NCBI RefSeq assembly: GCF_046119375.1
Contig: NW_027362765.1
Location: forward strand, 361,956,001-362,020,000
Direction of reading: 5' to 3'
Source of the DNA: Phyllobates terribilis
Taxonomy: Eukaryota
Length of the DNA stretch: 64,000 nucleotides
Made by a program: the position numbers and the translations under genes. Within the stretch, counting starts at the first letter, position 1, and each line of letters starts with the position of its first letter. The notes under the pieces are model-generated. The model saw only the letters and a list, made by a program, of their open reading frames with translations. It made no database searches and was not told the origin of the DNA. Below are positions 45,708-60,300 of this stretch, one piece after another.

Positions 45708-48700
45708 TTAACGCCCTCTCTTCATTAGTCCCGTGAGGAATTTTTTAAGAAGATAAGGGGCATGAATGTTCTCCATCGGTTTCCAAGACCTCTCCTCCAG
45801 GCCAAACCCCTTCCAATCAACAAGAAAGAAGGTCTTTCCTCTTACCCTCTTGGTGGCCAAAATGTTTTCTACCTCAAAGACGTCCTCAGCGGAGACTGGA
45901 GCTGAGGTGGTGCCTGGATTGTCAGAGAAAGAATTAAGGACAACTGGTTTGAGGAGGGATACATGAAAGGAGTTGGGAATCCGTAAGGTGACTGGGAGTT
46001 TCAGCTTGTAAGCCACGGGATTGATTTGGATCAGAACCTCGAACGGACCGATGAACCGTGGACCCAACTTATAAGAAGGTATCTTGAGATGGACATATTT
46101 GAAGGAAAGCCAGACCTTGTCTCCCGGACGGAATTGAGGCGGATCCAGACGTCTCTTATCAGCATGTCTCTTCATCAGCTCAGAGGACTGAAGAAGTGCA
46201 GATCTAGTGTCTTCCCAAATAGCCAAAAATTTGCTGACAAGAGACTCTGCAGCAGGATTGTCCACTGAAGAGGAGACGGGAAACGGAATCTGGGGGTGTC
46301 GACCGAAGACCACAAAAAACGGCGATTTAGAAGAAGACTCGCTCTCATGGTTGTTATAGGAGAACTCGGCCCAGGGGAGGAGCTCAACCCAATCGTTATG
46401 GTGAGCGTTGACAAACTGCCGAAGAAAGCTGGTAAGGATCTGGTTGATACGTTCCTCTTGACCATAGGACTGAAGATGATAAGCAGAAGAGAAATCCAAA
46501 GAGACATCCAGCAGCTTGCATGTAGCTCTCCAGAAGCGCGAAGTGAACTGAACCCCGCGATCAGACACAATGTGGAGGGGTAGGCCGTGAAGACGGAAGA
46601 TGTGATGGATGAAGTCCTTAGCCAGCACAGATGCAGACGGAAGACCAGGCAGAGGGATGAAGTGGGCCATCTTAGAAAAGCGATCAGCGACCACCCAAAT
46701 GACAGTACAACCGGCAGAAACAGGGAGTTCCGTGATGAAGACCATTGCAATGTGCTGCCACGGAGCGGAAGGCACGGGAAGAGGAAGGAGACAGCCGGAT
46801 GAAAGGTGCCTGGGAACCTTGTTATGGGCACAAGAGGAACAAGCCGCGACAAAATCCGCAACATCCTTGCGCAGGGAAGGCCACCAGTAATGTCGGGCGA
46901 TGAGCAGAAAGGTCTTTCTCTGGCCAGCATGACCGGCTAGTTTGGATGAATGGCCCCAGAGTAGAACCTTCTTTCGATCCGGAACCGCTACAAAGGTCTT
47001 ACTGAGTGGAAGATGAGACAGGTCAAACGAAGCAACAGTCATTACTTTGGAGGGGTCAATGATATATAGAGGCTCCTCCTCTTGGTCGGAAGACAGGAAT
47101 AAGCGGGATAGCGGTGAAGCAGAATTGGGCAAAGAATAGTGACCACCTGGCCTGATGCGGATTTAGTCTTTGGGTGTTCTGCAAATAAGCAAGGTTTTTG
47201 TGGTCAGTGCAGATGACCACCGGGTGCAGAGTCCTCACCAGCAAGTAGCACCACTCTTCCAGCGCTAATTTGATGGCCAGCAGCTCACGATCTCCTATGG
47301 AATAGTGTAATACTATTGTAGGAACTCGAGGATTCTGATAGCGTGGGGCAATGAACAAGCAGAGATGGGTTTCTTTAGTGCAAATAGTGTATTTGTGCAA
47401 CAGCAATAACACCCAAAAACAATATACAGATAACCCGTAGTGACATACAATGAAATAAGTCCAGCAATATTAAGTCTTTGAAACCTATATAGCAAAGTCG
47501 GCAATGTTCTTACGATGGAGTCTTCACACAAATGCTATCAAAAGGAAAGTCTGACACACTGGTGATGTGGCTTGATTCAAACACTGTTGGTGTAGTAAAA
47601 GTCAGATCCAGGTATGCAGTAGCCACAGGGAAGTCCAAGAACAAGTTCACAAGTTAATCCTAGATGTGGCGTAGATTCAGGGAAGTCCAGAAACAAGTTC
47701 ACATTTAAGTAATATTCCAGTAAATAGTTCCAGCAGCCCTCACCGGAGGGAGTGAACGAAGGGTTAAACAACACAGTTCAGAAACACAGTTCTTACGGGT
47801 AGAGTGAGCCAAGGGTTAAATTCCAAAGTCAACAGGTTAATGATAACACAGTGAGTGTAGCTTACATACACAGAGAAAGTCCAGAGCCACAGGCTGCTGC
47901 TGAGAAACATGTGAAGATTAACCTGGGAGATAATAGTAGGACAAGGCAGCTGGACTGAAGGGAAACGGAAGCAGAATACTCCAGCACCTGGGCTGGGTTT
48001 TAAACAAACGAACAGAAAGTAGGGCATACAAAAACAGCAAACTCCATCTTAACAAAAGGCAAAATCATTCACAAGGTGACCTAGAAAACCCGGAATACTG
48101 ACAAATAGTTGCGCTCGGACGAGGAGAAGAGCTTGGAGAAGAAGCTGCAGGTTACCATTCTTCTGGATGAGGATTTCTGGGTGAGCACCGCTCCGGCTCC
48201 GGAGGAGGATGCATCAACCTCCAGGAAGAACTGCTTGTTGCAATCTGGACGGAGCAGCACAGGAGTGGAGGAGAAGGCTTGTTTAAGGGAGACGAAGGCC
48301 TCCTCTGCTTCGGAAGTCCATTCCCTGGGATTTGCTCCTTTACGGGTGAGCGCGGAGATGGGAGAAGTCCGGGAGGAGAAATGAGGAATGAAGAGGCGGT
48401 AATAGTTCATGAAGCCCAGGAATTACTGAATCTCCTTCAACCCCTCTGGTCGGGACCACTTTAAGATGGCAGACACCTTCTCGGGATCCATCCGCAGACC
48501 AGTCTCGAAGATAATATAGCCCAGGAACGGTAGGGAGGTCTGCTCAAAGAGGCATTTCTCGAATTTAGCGCATAGGCGATTCTTCTGGAGCCTTAGCAGA
48601 ACCTGACGAACACCCCTCCTGTGTGAGGGCAGATCCGGAGATAAAACCAAGATATCGTCCAGGTACACCACCACGCAAGAATACAGGAGATCACGGAAGA

Positions 48701-49700
48701 TGTCATTAACCAGCTCCTGGAAGACGGCTGGAGCATTACAGAGACCAAAGGGCATCACGCGGTATTCGTAGTGACTGTCCCGGATGTTGAATGCCATTTT
48801 CCACTCGTCTCCCTGACGGATCCGGACCAAATTGAACGCCCCACGAAGATCAAGCTTGGTGAAGATCTTCGCGCCTTTAAGGCGGTCAAACAGCTCCGAG
48901 ATGAGAGGCAGGGGGTACCTATTTTTGATGGTAATCTGGTTAAGGCCCCTGTAATCGATACAGGGACTTAGAGAGCTGTCTTTCTTCTTGACGAAGAAGA
49001 ATCCTGCTCCAGCCGGAGAAGTGGATTTCTGGATAAATCCACTAGCAAGATTCTCTGCTATGTACTCAGACATGGCCCGGGTCTCAACCAGCGACAAGGG
49101 GTAGATTCGCCTGCGGGGAGGAGAAGCACCAGGTACCAGGTCGATGGAGCAATAAGACGGCCTATGAGGTGGTAGTGTCTCCGCTTCCTTTTTGTCAAAG
49201 TCATCCGCATAGGACCAGTAGGGTGCCGGCAGACCAGGTAGATCAGCCGGAGAAGACGGGGGTCGAGCAGGACGAACCGGAACCAGACAGGACTCATGGC
49301 ATTCCTGACCCCAACTGAGCACTTCACCAGATCTCCAATTCAGGACGGGCTTATGTCTTTGCAACCAGGGTAGACCAAGCAAGAGGGAGTGAGAGAGACC
49401 AGACAGCATATAAAAGGAGATCTTCTCCGAGTGCTGCATTCCCACCTGAATGGTTACAGGTTCTGTGACGAGCAAGATGGTCTCCGAAAAAGCCTCCCAT
49501 TCATGGAGGCAACTGCCAACGGTTCAGCCAGACGTACGGTAGGAATCTGATACCGCTCTTCCACAGCCTGTTGAATGAGATTCTGAGCGGCTCCGGAATC
49601 CAGATGGGCAGTCTCGAAGAAGCGGGTCTCATAGACATAGACAGACAGAGTCAAGGACAGAGAAGATTCACTCTTGCCTAGGACGACCTCTCCAAGCGGT
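45708..49700 (-). pseudogene. pol: Disrupted pol, family B
   Basis: Motifs HLDSGAAQN, YLDDILVLS, FLEVDASS, the integrase core and chromodomain FLVDWKGFGLEERSW. Frameshifts, and a solo LTR inserted in RNase H. Confidence 0.92.
47306..48103. mobile_element. Solo LTR of an unrelated family
   Basis: 798 bp, TG..CA, 5-bp TSD AATAG (47301-47305, 48104-48108). It splits the RNase [13 protein letters not shown] motif. Confidence 0.88.
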
Positions 49701-49701
49701 C

Positions 49702-50637
49702 CTAGACACTGGAGTTTCCCAGCCTCACCGGGCAGGAACGGATCAGATGCTCTATACTGCCACAGTAGAAGCAACTCCCCTTGGCTTGGCGCGTCTCTAG
49801 GTGAGACTTGACCATCTTGGTTTGGTCAATTTGCATAGGCTCAGGCAAACATACCTGGGGAATTTCTGGTTGCAAGGCTGGCCTTTGGAATGTTGGAGCG
49901 AGATGCGGAAATCTTCTCTCCCGTGTAGTCTCCTTGCCACGTTCCAGAAAACGGATGTCAATCCGGGTAGCTAAAGACACCAGGTGGTCCAGGGTGGAAA
50001 GGATGTCACGACCGGCTAGCTCATCCATGATCCGTCCGGAAAGACCCTCCCAAAAGGTGGACACCAGAGCCTCATTGTTCCAGGCAAGTTCAGATGCGAG
50101 GGTTCGGAAACGTATGGCATACTGGCCCACAGTGAGACTCCCTTGGCGGAGACGGAGAAGTGAGGAGGCAGTAGAAGATTTTCGTCCGGGCTCATCGAAG
50201 ACCTTCCGGAAGGCAGCGAGGAAAGCCAGAAGATCGGACACCAGGGGATCCCCTCTTTCCCACTGAGGGTTAAGCCATGCCAATGCCTCCCCGGTAAGGT
50301 GAGACATGATGAACGCCACCTTGGCCCAGTCGGAGGTGAATTGGTGTGCTAGGAGTTCAAAGTGCAGCGTGCACTGATTTATGAAGCCCCGACATAAGAC
50401 GGGGTCACCACCAAAATGTGGAGGCGCAGAGAGCCGGGGTCCAAAGCCGGGTGCCACAGCGCCACTGGGTTGAGGTGCCGCCGGAGCGGGTGCCGCTCGG
50501 CTAGAGACGGACACAGACGGGGTGGACAGCGTGTTCAGGCGGGAGTTGACAGTCCGCAGATAGGACAGGATAGTTTCCTGTTGGGATCTCTGGTACAGGT
50601 CTGAGAGCGAAGGAGCCTGGGGGCCACCGGGTTCTAT
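49702..50637 (-). pseudogene. gag: PEG10/RTL-like gag, family B; start codon apparently mutated (ATA)
   Basis: [70 protein letters not shown], in one open frame. Confidence 0.88.
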
Positions 50638-52243
50638 GGGCTGTGCAAACTGTTATGGATCCGGGTGGTGGAACCTCTGTGCTTCGGTGCAAGGAGGGAC
50701 CAGAGGGGCGTAACTAAGTGCCTACCTGGCCTCGCCCAGGTCACACGGCGGCTTAGTCAACTCCGTAAACCAGGGAGAGACCGGGCAGGTGAACCAGGTG
50801 CCACTCTGGGACGACCTTGTGTTAGAGCAGGTGACTCCCACGGGTCAGATGACAGGAACTGACCAGTACAGCGGATAAGCACGGCAGGAAGGCAGACGGG
50901 TGGTGCGGGTAGATCAGCTGGCAGGTACGGCAGATAGCCAGACAGGTGCTCCGGGTAGACAGGCTGGCGGGCATGGCAGGTAACTGACAGATGCTCCAGG
51001 TAGGCAGGCTGGCAGACACGTCAGGTTACTGCCAGGTGCTCCAGGTAGGCAGGCTGGCGGACACGACAGGTAACTGGCAGGTGCTCCAGGTAGACTGGCT
51101 GGCGGACACGGCAGGTTACTGGCAAGTGCTCCAGGTAGGCTGGCTGGCGGACACGGCAGGTAACTGGCAAGCAAGCTGGCAGGCTGGACTGTTAGACAGA
51201 CTGGCGGGCTGGACTGTTAGACAGACTGGCGGGCTGGACTGTTAGACAGACTGGCAGGCTGGACTGACAGGCAGCAGGACCTGAGGGCTGAGGAAAGTAT
51301 TAGCACACAAAACAACAACCTTGCACAGGCACCTCCTTTTTGGAGGAGGTGCCTTATACAGTAGAAGTCCTCCGGCCATTGGCCGGGGACTCTTTAGGAT
51401 GGCGCGCGGCCTCTTTAAGAGGGGGGGACCGTGCGCACGCCCTAAGCACAGTGCCCGGTAAGCTGTGCGTGGTGCGCGCCACAGCAACAGGGGAGCAGGA
51501 AGACACTGGACCAGGACCGCGGCGGTGAGGGGAACGGCGTCTCTGCCCAGCAGAAGGCAGAGACGCCGATGCTACAGTACCCCCCCTTTACGCCCCCTCT
51601 TCTTTAGGCCCGTGAGAAATTTTTTAAGAACATGAGGGGCATGAATGTTCTCCCTGGGTTCCCAAGACCTCTCCTCTGGGCCAAACCCCTTCCAATCAAC
51701 AAGAAAGAAAGTCTTTCCTCCTACCCTCTGGGTGGCCAAAATGTTTTCTACCTCAAAGGCGTCCTCAGCGGAGACTGGAGCTGGTGGTACCTGGATCATC
51801 AGAGAAGGAATTAAGGACAACTGGTTTGATGAGGGATACATGAAAGGAGATGGGAATCCGTAAGGTGACCGGGAGTTTCAGCTTGTAAGCCACGGGATTG
51901 ATTTGGTTCAGAACCTCGAACGGACCGATGAACCGCAGACCCAACTTATAAGCACAGTGCCCGGGAAGCTGCGCACGGTGCGCGCCGCAGCAGCAGGGGG
52001 AGCAGGAGGACGCCGGACCAGGACCGCGGCGGTGAGGGGATCAACGTCTCTGCCCGGCAGGAGGCAGAGACGCCGATGCTACAGAAAGAAAATTATAGAC
52101 AAGCATGTTAAAGGTAAAGGTTATAAGACCATCTCCAAGCAGCTTGATGTTCCTGTGACTACAGTTGCACATATTATTCAGAAATTTAAGATCCATGGAA
52201 CTGTAGCCAACCTCCCTGGACGTGTCCGCAGACAAATTTTTGA

Positions 52244-53152
<909 letters not shown>

Positions 53153-55301
53153 GAAATGTTCTGCCCAATGTCAGAAAGCTGACATTACTAACAGTACCCC
53201 CTCTTTTATGAGGATCCTCCAGGCCCAGGCCTATCTGGAAACCTCCTGTGAAAAGCTTTAACAAGCCTAGGAGCAAGAGACATCATCCGTCCTTACCCAG
53301 GAGTTGTCTTTGGGACCGAAACCCTTCCAGGAGACAAGATACTGTAATCTCCCTCTATGCCATCTAGAATTCAAGATACGAGAAATTTCATATTCGCCGT
53401 CTTCCACCACCGGAGGAACTGTGACAGTGGCCTCCCTATCAGATACGTCAGCCTTTTTCAACAAGGAAACATGAAACACAGGATTAATCTTCCAGGAAGT
53501 AGGGACATCCAACCTAACAGCAGACGGGTTAACAACCTGAAGCACTTTAAATGGACCCACAAACTTAGGACCCAGTTTTTTAGAGGGAATCCTCAACCGC
53601 AGGTTCTTCAAGGACAACCACAGTAAACAAAACCTCTTTACGTTTCCTGTCAAAATACTTCTTGGACTTCTTGTTAGCCTCTTGAAGGTTGCAACATACA
53701 TTAGTCCAAACTCTCTCCAAATCACCGGAAAAATTCTCCTCCTCCGGCTCCGCCGACCCCAATTTGGAGAACGAACCAAAAGACGGATGTCTCCCAGTAC
53801 AACAAAAAAAAGGAGAACACCCAGCTGAGGAGGATGTATGATTGTTAAGAACAAATTCTGCTAGAGACAGAAACTCAGACCACCCCTCTTGATTGTCCGC
53901 CACAAAACAACGTAAAAACTGTTCAACATCCTGGTTCTTTCTTTCAGTCTGTCCATTCGACTCAGGATGATAACCAGACGAAAATGACAAATGGCCTCCC
54001 AACCTGTCACAAAAAGCACGCCAAAAGCGAGCCACAAACTGAGGTCCTCTATCAGAAATAATATCCATGGGAACGCCATGGAGCTTGACAATCTCCTTAA
54101 CAAATGCCTTAGCGAGTGTCTTGGCTCAGGGCAACTTAATGAATGGAACCAAATGACACATCTTACTAAAACGGTCCACGACCACCCAGATGACAGTAAA
54201 ACCCTCGGACACAGGAAGATCAGTAATAAAATCCATTGTGAGATGCGTCCAAGGCGCACTAGGAACCTCCAGAGGGCAAAGCAACCCCGCAGCAGGGGTA
54301 TGTGAAGCCTTTGACCTAGCACACACCGTACATTGACGCACCCACTTGATGACTCCCTTCTGCCATCCAGGCCACCAAAAACTGCGACTGATAAGTCTCT
54401 TAGTCTCCGAAATTCCTGGATGACCTGCCAACCGAGACTCGTGACACTCCACAAACAAATCTCTCCTAAAGGCTCTAGGCACGAACAACCTCCTATGGGG
54501 AGTGTTAGATGGGGCATCATCTCGAGCATTCAGAATCCCATCCTCCAAATCGGAGTCCAAAGCCGCCACCACAACTCCTTTCTGTAAAATGCTCTCCTCC
54601 TCCTCGGCACCGACCATAGGAGAGAAGCTGCGAGATAAAGCATCGGCTTTAACATTCTTAGTACAAGGGAAATAGGTAACAGAAAAATGAAACCGAGAAA
54701 AAAAAAGTGCCCACCTAGCTTGACGGGCATTCAAGCACTTGGCAGCATCCAGATAGATCAAATTCTTATGATCTGTGAAAACCTGAATAGGAAATCTAGC
54801 GCCTTCCAAAAAATGACGCCAATGTTCAAACGCAAGATTAATAGCCAACAACTCCCGATTTCCAACATCATAATTCAGTTCGGTTTCCGAATTTTTTTTC
54901 TAAAAGAAGGCATCAGGCTGCATAAGGATAGGGGCAGAACTGAACCTCTCTTTGAGATACTCAAACACTTCAATGGCCTCAGTAGTCCACTGGACCGTAT
55001 TCGCGCCTTTCCTGGTGAGATCGGTTAGAGGTTTAACAATTACAGAAAAATTCTTAATGAATTTGCTGTAATAATTGGCAAAACCCCAAAATCTCTGTAT
55101 AGATTTCAAACCAATAGGCCTAGGCCATTCCTGCACAGCCTGAACCTTCACAGGGTCCATCTCTAAGCCCTCGCTGGAGACAATGTAGCCCAAAAAACTA
55201 ATTTTCTGCACAGCAAACTCACATTTCTCCAGCTTAGCAAAGAGTGAATTATCACTTAATAACTGCAAAACTTCACGTACACTCTACCAATGGGACTCTA
55301 G

Positions 55302-55601
55302 TAGGGTTGAGCGAGTATGTTCTGTCCGAGTATACTCAGGCCGAGCTCCTAGTATTTATAGCTGCTCGGTGATAAGGTTAAATCGCTCCGGTGTGCATGA
55401 TTTGCAACTGTTTGACAGCTTTATTACATGTGAGGAATATGTAAGAAATAGACAAGCCTCACATGTAATAAAACTGTCAAACAGTCGCAAATCATGCACA
55501 CGGGAGCGATTTAACCTTATCACCGAGCAGCTGTAAATACTCGGAGCTCGGCCGGAGCATACTCGGCGAAAGGGTTAATAGAACATACTCGCTCAACACT
55601 A
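55302..55601. mobile_element. 300-bp foldback hAT MITE
   Basis: TIRs TAGGGTTGAGCGAG / CTCGCTCAACACTA. Perfect 8-bp TSD GACTCTAG. The arms are inverted along almost the whole length. Confidence 0.92.
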
Positions 55602-57379
55602 GACTCTAGATCTGGTGAATAAATCAAAATGTCATCCAAATACACAACCACATTCTTACCAATCAAAGGTCTCAGGATGTCATTAATAAGATTCTGAAAA
55701 AATGCTGGTGCATTGGTAAGACCAAAAGGCATCACCAGATTCTCAAAATGAGTGTTAAAAGCAGTTTTCCATTCATCACCCTCCTTCACACGTAGCAAAT
55801 TGTATGCCCCCCGGAGATCAATTTTGTAGAACCACTTGGCTCCCACTAACTGGTTAAACAAGTCAGGAATTAACAGCAATGGGTAGGAATTGCGTACGGT
55901 AATCTTATTAATTTCTCGAAAATCCAGACATGGACGTAAACCGCCGTCCTTTTTTTTAACAAAGAAGAATCCAACTGCACCAGGCGACTTAGAAGGTCTA
56001 ATGTGACCAGCAGCCAGGCTAGTCTGTATGTACTCCTCCAAGGCCTTTCTTTCAGGGATAGTCAGATTAAACAAGCGACTCTTGAGAAGAGTAGCTCCAG
56101 GAACAAACTCAATGGCGCAATCATAATCCCTATGAGGAGGTAAAACTTGCGACTCCTCCTCCGAAAAAACCCTCCAAAAATCTTGAATAGGTACCGGTAA
56201 TTCCCCTTTTTCCACAGCCGCAATGCGACCATTACAACATTTATCATAGCACTTCGGACTCCAAGACTTAATCACATTAGTAGACAGCAGCAGTCTTGTG
56301 AGTAATACATTTCAAAGGTGTGTTATCTGTAATGACCGGAGGTCCGAGAGAGATCCAGTGAGTCACAAACTGAGACAGAGGCAGAAATAAACAACACTTT
56401 CTTTACTAAAACAGGGATTAGACTAAAATTCAGTATTGAATGAATCAGTCTCAGGTTCTGCCTGGGACACTGTCTCTACTAAATACACACAATCAGTAAA
56501 AGCTGAAATCAATGTGCCAATCTCAAGGTTTCCAGCTTATGTGAATTATTCTAGTGATCTGGAACAATTTTATCTAAACACTGTGTCAGTCTAGTGAGGG
56601 CGGTATATGGGGACCCCCTGAGATGGCACACTGCATACAATCTTACCACTATGAGCAATAATAATGCATAAAACTATATCAATTGCTCTTATTATCAGGA
56701 TATCCGGATATCTTAAAGTTATGGTACCGTTAACCTCAGATGCAGTCTATCACAGGCCTGTGAATCACGCTGGCTGCAGCTAGTCCCGGAAAACTTTGGC
56801 GCCTAAACAAAAACAAAGTTCACAAAACAGCAAAAATTCCTTGTCTTGTCGGCCGATGCCGAGCCCACACGCCGGGGACTTTAGTCCTGTTGCCTCAGAT
56901 TAAGGTCTGGGAAGATCTCTTCACAAAGTCTTGTCAATATCCTCTCAGTGGAAATAGCACCAGAAATCTTCTTTCCTCCCGAAGTCTCTCACTGTTATCC
57001 AGTACTCCAGCCGCGTGCTCAGTCACAGAAATGGATTCCTCAGTCCCTTCATCACTCCACACGTGACTCCTTCAGCACAAAGTCTATAATCCACTCAGCA
57101 TGGACCTCCACAAAACTCCACAGAGCCACACAGCTTCCCCAGCTCAGCACTTGTCCTTAAACAGAGAAAGGGGTAAACAAACTCCACACAGAAGAGTGTA
57201 AAGACAGCGTCTTATTGCAGCTCCTTTTTACAGACTTCCTGTCTAGACTCACACATCAGACACTCTAAGAATACACACAGTTTCTAGCACTGCCCCTCCT
57301 CTGAGCCCAGCCAGGCAAAAGTCACAGGGTCCTAGTGCTCTCCTGCTGTTATCACATTTCACACTCTCACATGCCACCC

Positions 57380-60300
57380 CACTAGAGGTTGGCGTCCTCG
57401 ACACACCTCCCCACTCAAAGTCGTCTTGTGCATAGCGTTGTGGAGGTATACCCGCCGTAGTTCGAGTAGTTCTCCTGGGACCCACCCCAACAGGCTCGGC
57501 TCCCGAGGGAGCAGAAGTCTCTTCAATGGGAGCCAATGAGGCTGCTCCCTCCTGAGGTGTGGCGCCCTGTGCCACATCATACGGATCAGGTAACTGACCT
57601 GATTCCCCGTTCTCTGAAGGACATACTACATTCTCAATACTCTCTTCACACGGGTACAGATCGGTCACAGGGGGCAAGTAAGCCGGGGCGGAGACAGACC
57701 CACCATCAAATTCGAGAGTATTAGGGATGCCCACCCCTCAGGACACGGCCTGTGGTACCGGGGAAACGGGGACGGCATCTTTAAACCAGCACCGTTGTAG
57801 CATGTTATGATGAAGATTACGGGATGGTCCCCCTGTTCCTACCGGTTCAACCTCGTAGACTGGAGTCTCAGGGCTCAGTCGTTTTTTTTACCAGGTATGG
57901 AGTCGCCTCCCACCGTTCACTCAGCTTTCCGAACCGTCGTTTGATTCTCACTAACACTCTATCCCCCGGGGAGAAAGGCTCGGTTTGCATGGGGCGCGTG
58001 TCCCTATATGACTGATTCGATCACCCACCACCTGATACACCACCCTCAATCACCGCCGGTGTTCCCGAACCCATTCTCATGCGGTCCGAGGGGGATTGGA
58101 GGAGGGATCTGGCATGCTCAAATCCTCAATGTCCTGCCCTGGACTCCCGAACATCAACATGTGTGGTGAGTAGCCAGTAGTGCTGTGCACTCTATTATTG
58201 TAGGCAGACATCAATTCGGGAAGATACTCAGGCCAAGCTCCGTTACCTTGGGGATGGTAAGGTGTCGTTCTCGACTGTGCGACACCATACAGCTGGTACA
58301 GCTCCTTCATCAATGCCCCCTGAAAACATGCCCCTTGATCTGAGTGTATTCTTTGCGGACACCCAAACACTTGAATGAAATATCGACACACGGCTTCAGC
58401 CGCCGACTCCGCCGTCTGATCTCTTGTCGGAACTGCTACAGCATACTTGGTGAAGTGGTCTGTCATTACCAAGCAATAGGAATACCCAGACGTTGAGTAT
58501 CCTATCAGGACATAGTCAATCATGAGCAGCTCTAAAGGAGCGGAAGTCTTAATAGACTGCGTGGGCGCCCGCTGCTCAGGGCTCTTACTGAGACCACAGA
58601 CCCGACACTGCCGACATGCCTCTGTCACCATCTCCCCCAATTCAAGACAATAGAGGACTCGCTGCAGCCACTGGAGTGTCTTTTCACTCCCAAAGTGGGC
58701 CCCCTTCTCATGCGCCTTGCGAGCGACTACCGGACCCATCCCCATAGGAATTACTAGCTGGTATCGGTGCTGCAGCTCAGATGGCAGGTACACCTTACGG
58801 TACAAAAGGCCCTGTTCCACACACAACTTATCCCACTGTCGCAGTAGATTCACTCCTTCCACGGACAGCTGGGCCTTTTCCTCTGAACGCGGCCAGACCC
58901 CTTTTTGTACCCAACTGCGCACTAGTGCAACGTCAGAGCAATCGTTCTGGTCCTTCGCCCAATCCGAGGGTTTTTTCCCCAGAACACATGGCATCCCTGA
59001 CGCCACCCCACTTGAATGTACCACACTTCGGAAGATAGGTACCTGCCCCAAGTCAGGGGTTTCAGTGTCCTCCAGCTGGTCATCAACATTTTCCCCCGAG
59101 GACCCAAGGGGCACCCTTGAGAGTACATCCGCATTTCCGTTTTCCCGCCCAGATCGAAACTTAATTCTATAGTTAAACTTAGCAAGGCGAGTGACCCACC
59201 GCTGCTCCAACGCTCCCAGCTTTGCGTTTTCTAGGTGAGCCAGAGGGTTATTATCAGTCATGACCAGCACCTCAGCTCCCGTTAAATACTCGGCAAAGCG
59301 TTCCGTCATCGCCCACACCAGGGCCAGTAGCTCTAGGCGAAGCGAACTGTAGTTAGCTGGGTTGCGTTCAGTGTCTCTCAAAGACCTGCTGCCATAGGCA
59401 ATTACTCGCTCCTGACCATCCTGCACTTGTGCTAGTACCGCCCATGCTGACTGCCATCGGTATATAGCAGGAAAGGGGAATCGAACCGGGCATATGCTAA
59501 CAACGGAGCACTCGTTAGGGCAGCCTTCACCTCCTCAAATGCCTTTCGCTGCTGGGGTCCCCATGGGATGGGGCGATTTTGGGGGCCTTGTGCCGTCCCT
59601 CTTAATAGCTCATTCAGGGGACTCACTACTTCTGAAAACTTAGGTACAAATCGCCGATAGTACCCCGCTAAACCTAAGAAGACCCGAACCTCTCGCAGGG
59701 TACGGGGGGGTGGCCACTTCTGCACAACCATGACCTTACTTGTCGTGGGCAGAAACCCATCCGGAGTCACCACGTGACCTAGATACTCAATCTGACTCTG
59801 TAACAGTTGGCACTTCTTTGGTTTTATTTTTAGGCCATAACAACTGAGCCGCCGGAGAACTTGACGTAACTTCTCAAGATGGTCTTCAAATGAGGCCCCG
59901 AACACCACAATGTCATCTAGGTATATCAGGACTGATTCAAAATTCAGATCACCTAAGCAATGTTCCATCAGGCACTGAAAAGTTCCCGGGGCATTAGTGA
60001 GCCCGAAGGGCATCCGGTTGAATTCAAAGAGCCCCATTGGTAGGACAAACGCCGTCTTGGCTCGGTCTTTTTCGGCCATTGGTACCTGCCAATAGCCACT
60101 TGCTAAATCCAACGTCGAGAAATATTTGGCCTGACCCAATGCCGACAGAGTCTCTTCTATGCGAGGTAATGGATATGCGTCCCTCACTGTGTGAGCATTC
60201 AATTTGCGATAGTCTACACAAAACCGAAGGGTCCCATCCTTCTTCCGCACCAAGACCACAGGGGCCGCCCAGGGGCTCTGGCTTTCTCGGATCACTTGGT

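Larger units (their letters stand above)
44964..52083 (-). mobile_element. Chromoviral Gypsy family B, tandem three-LTR structure
   Basis: 5-bp TSD GAAAG at 44959-44963 and 52084-52088. LTRs at 44964-45692 and 50651-51576, plus an LTR fragment at 51951-52083. A second PPT and chromodomain end lie at about 51580-51950. Confidence 0.9.
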
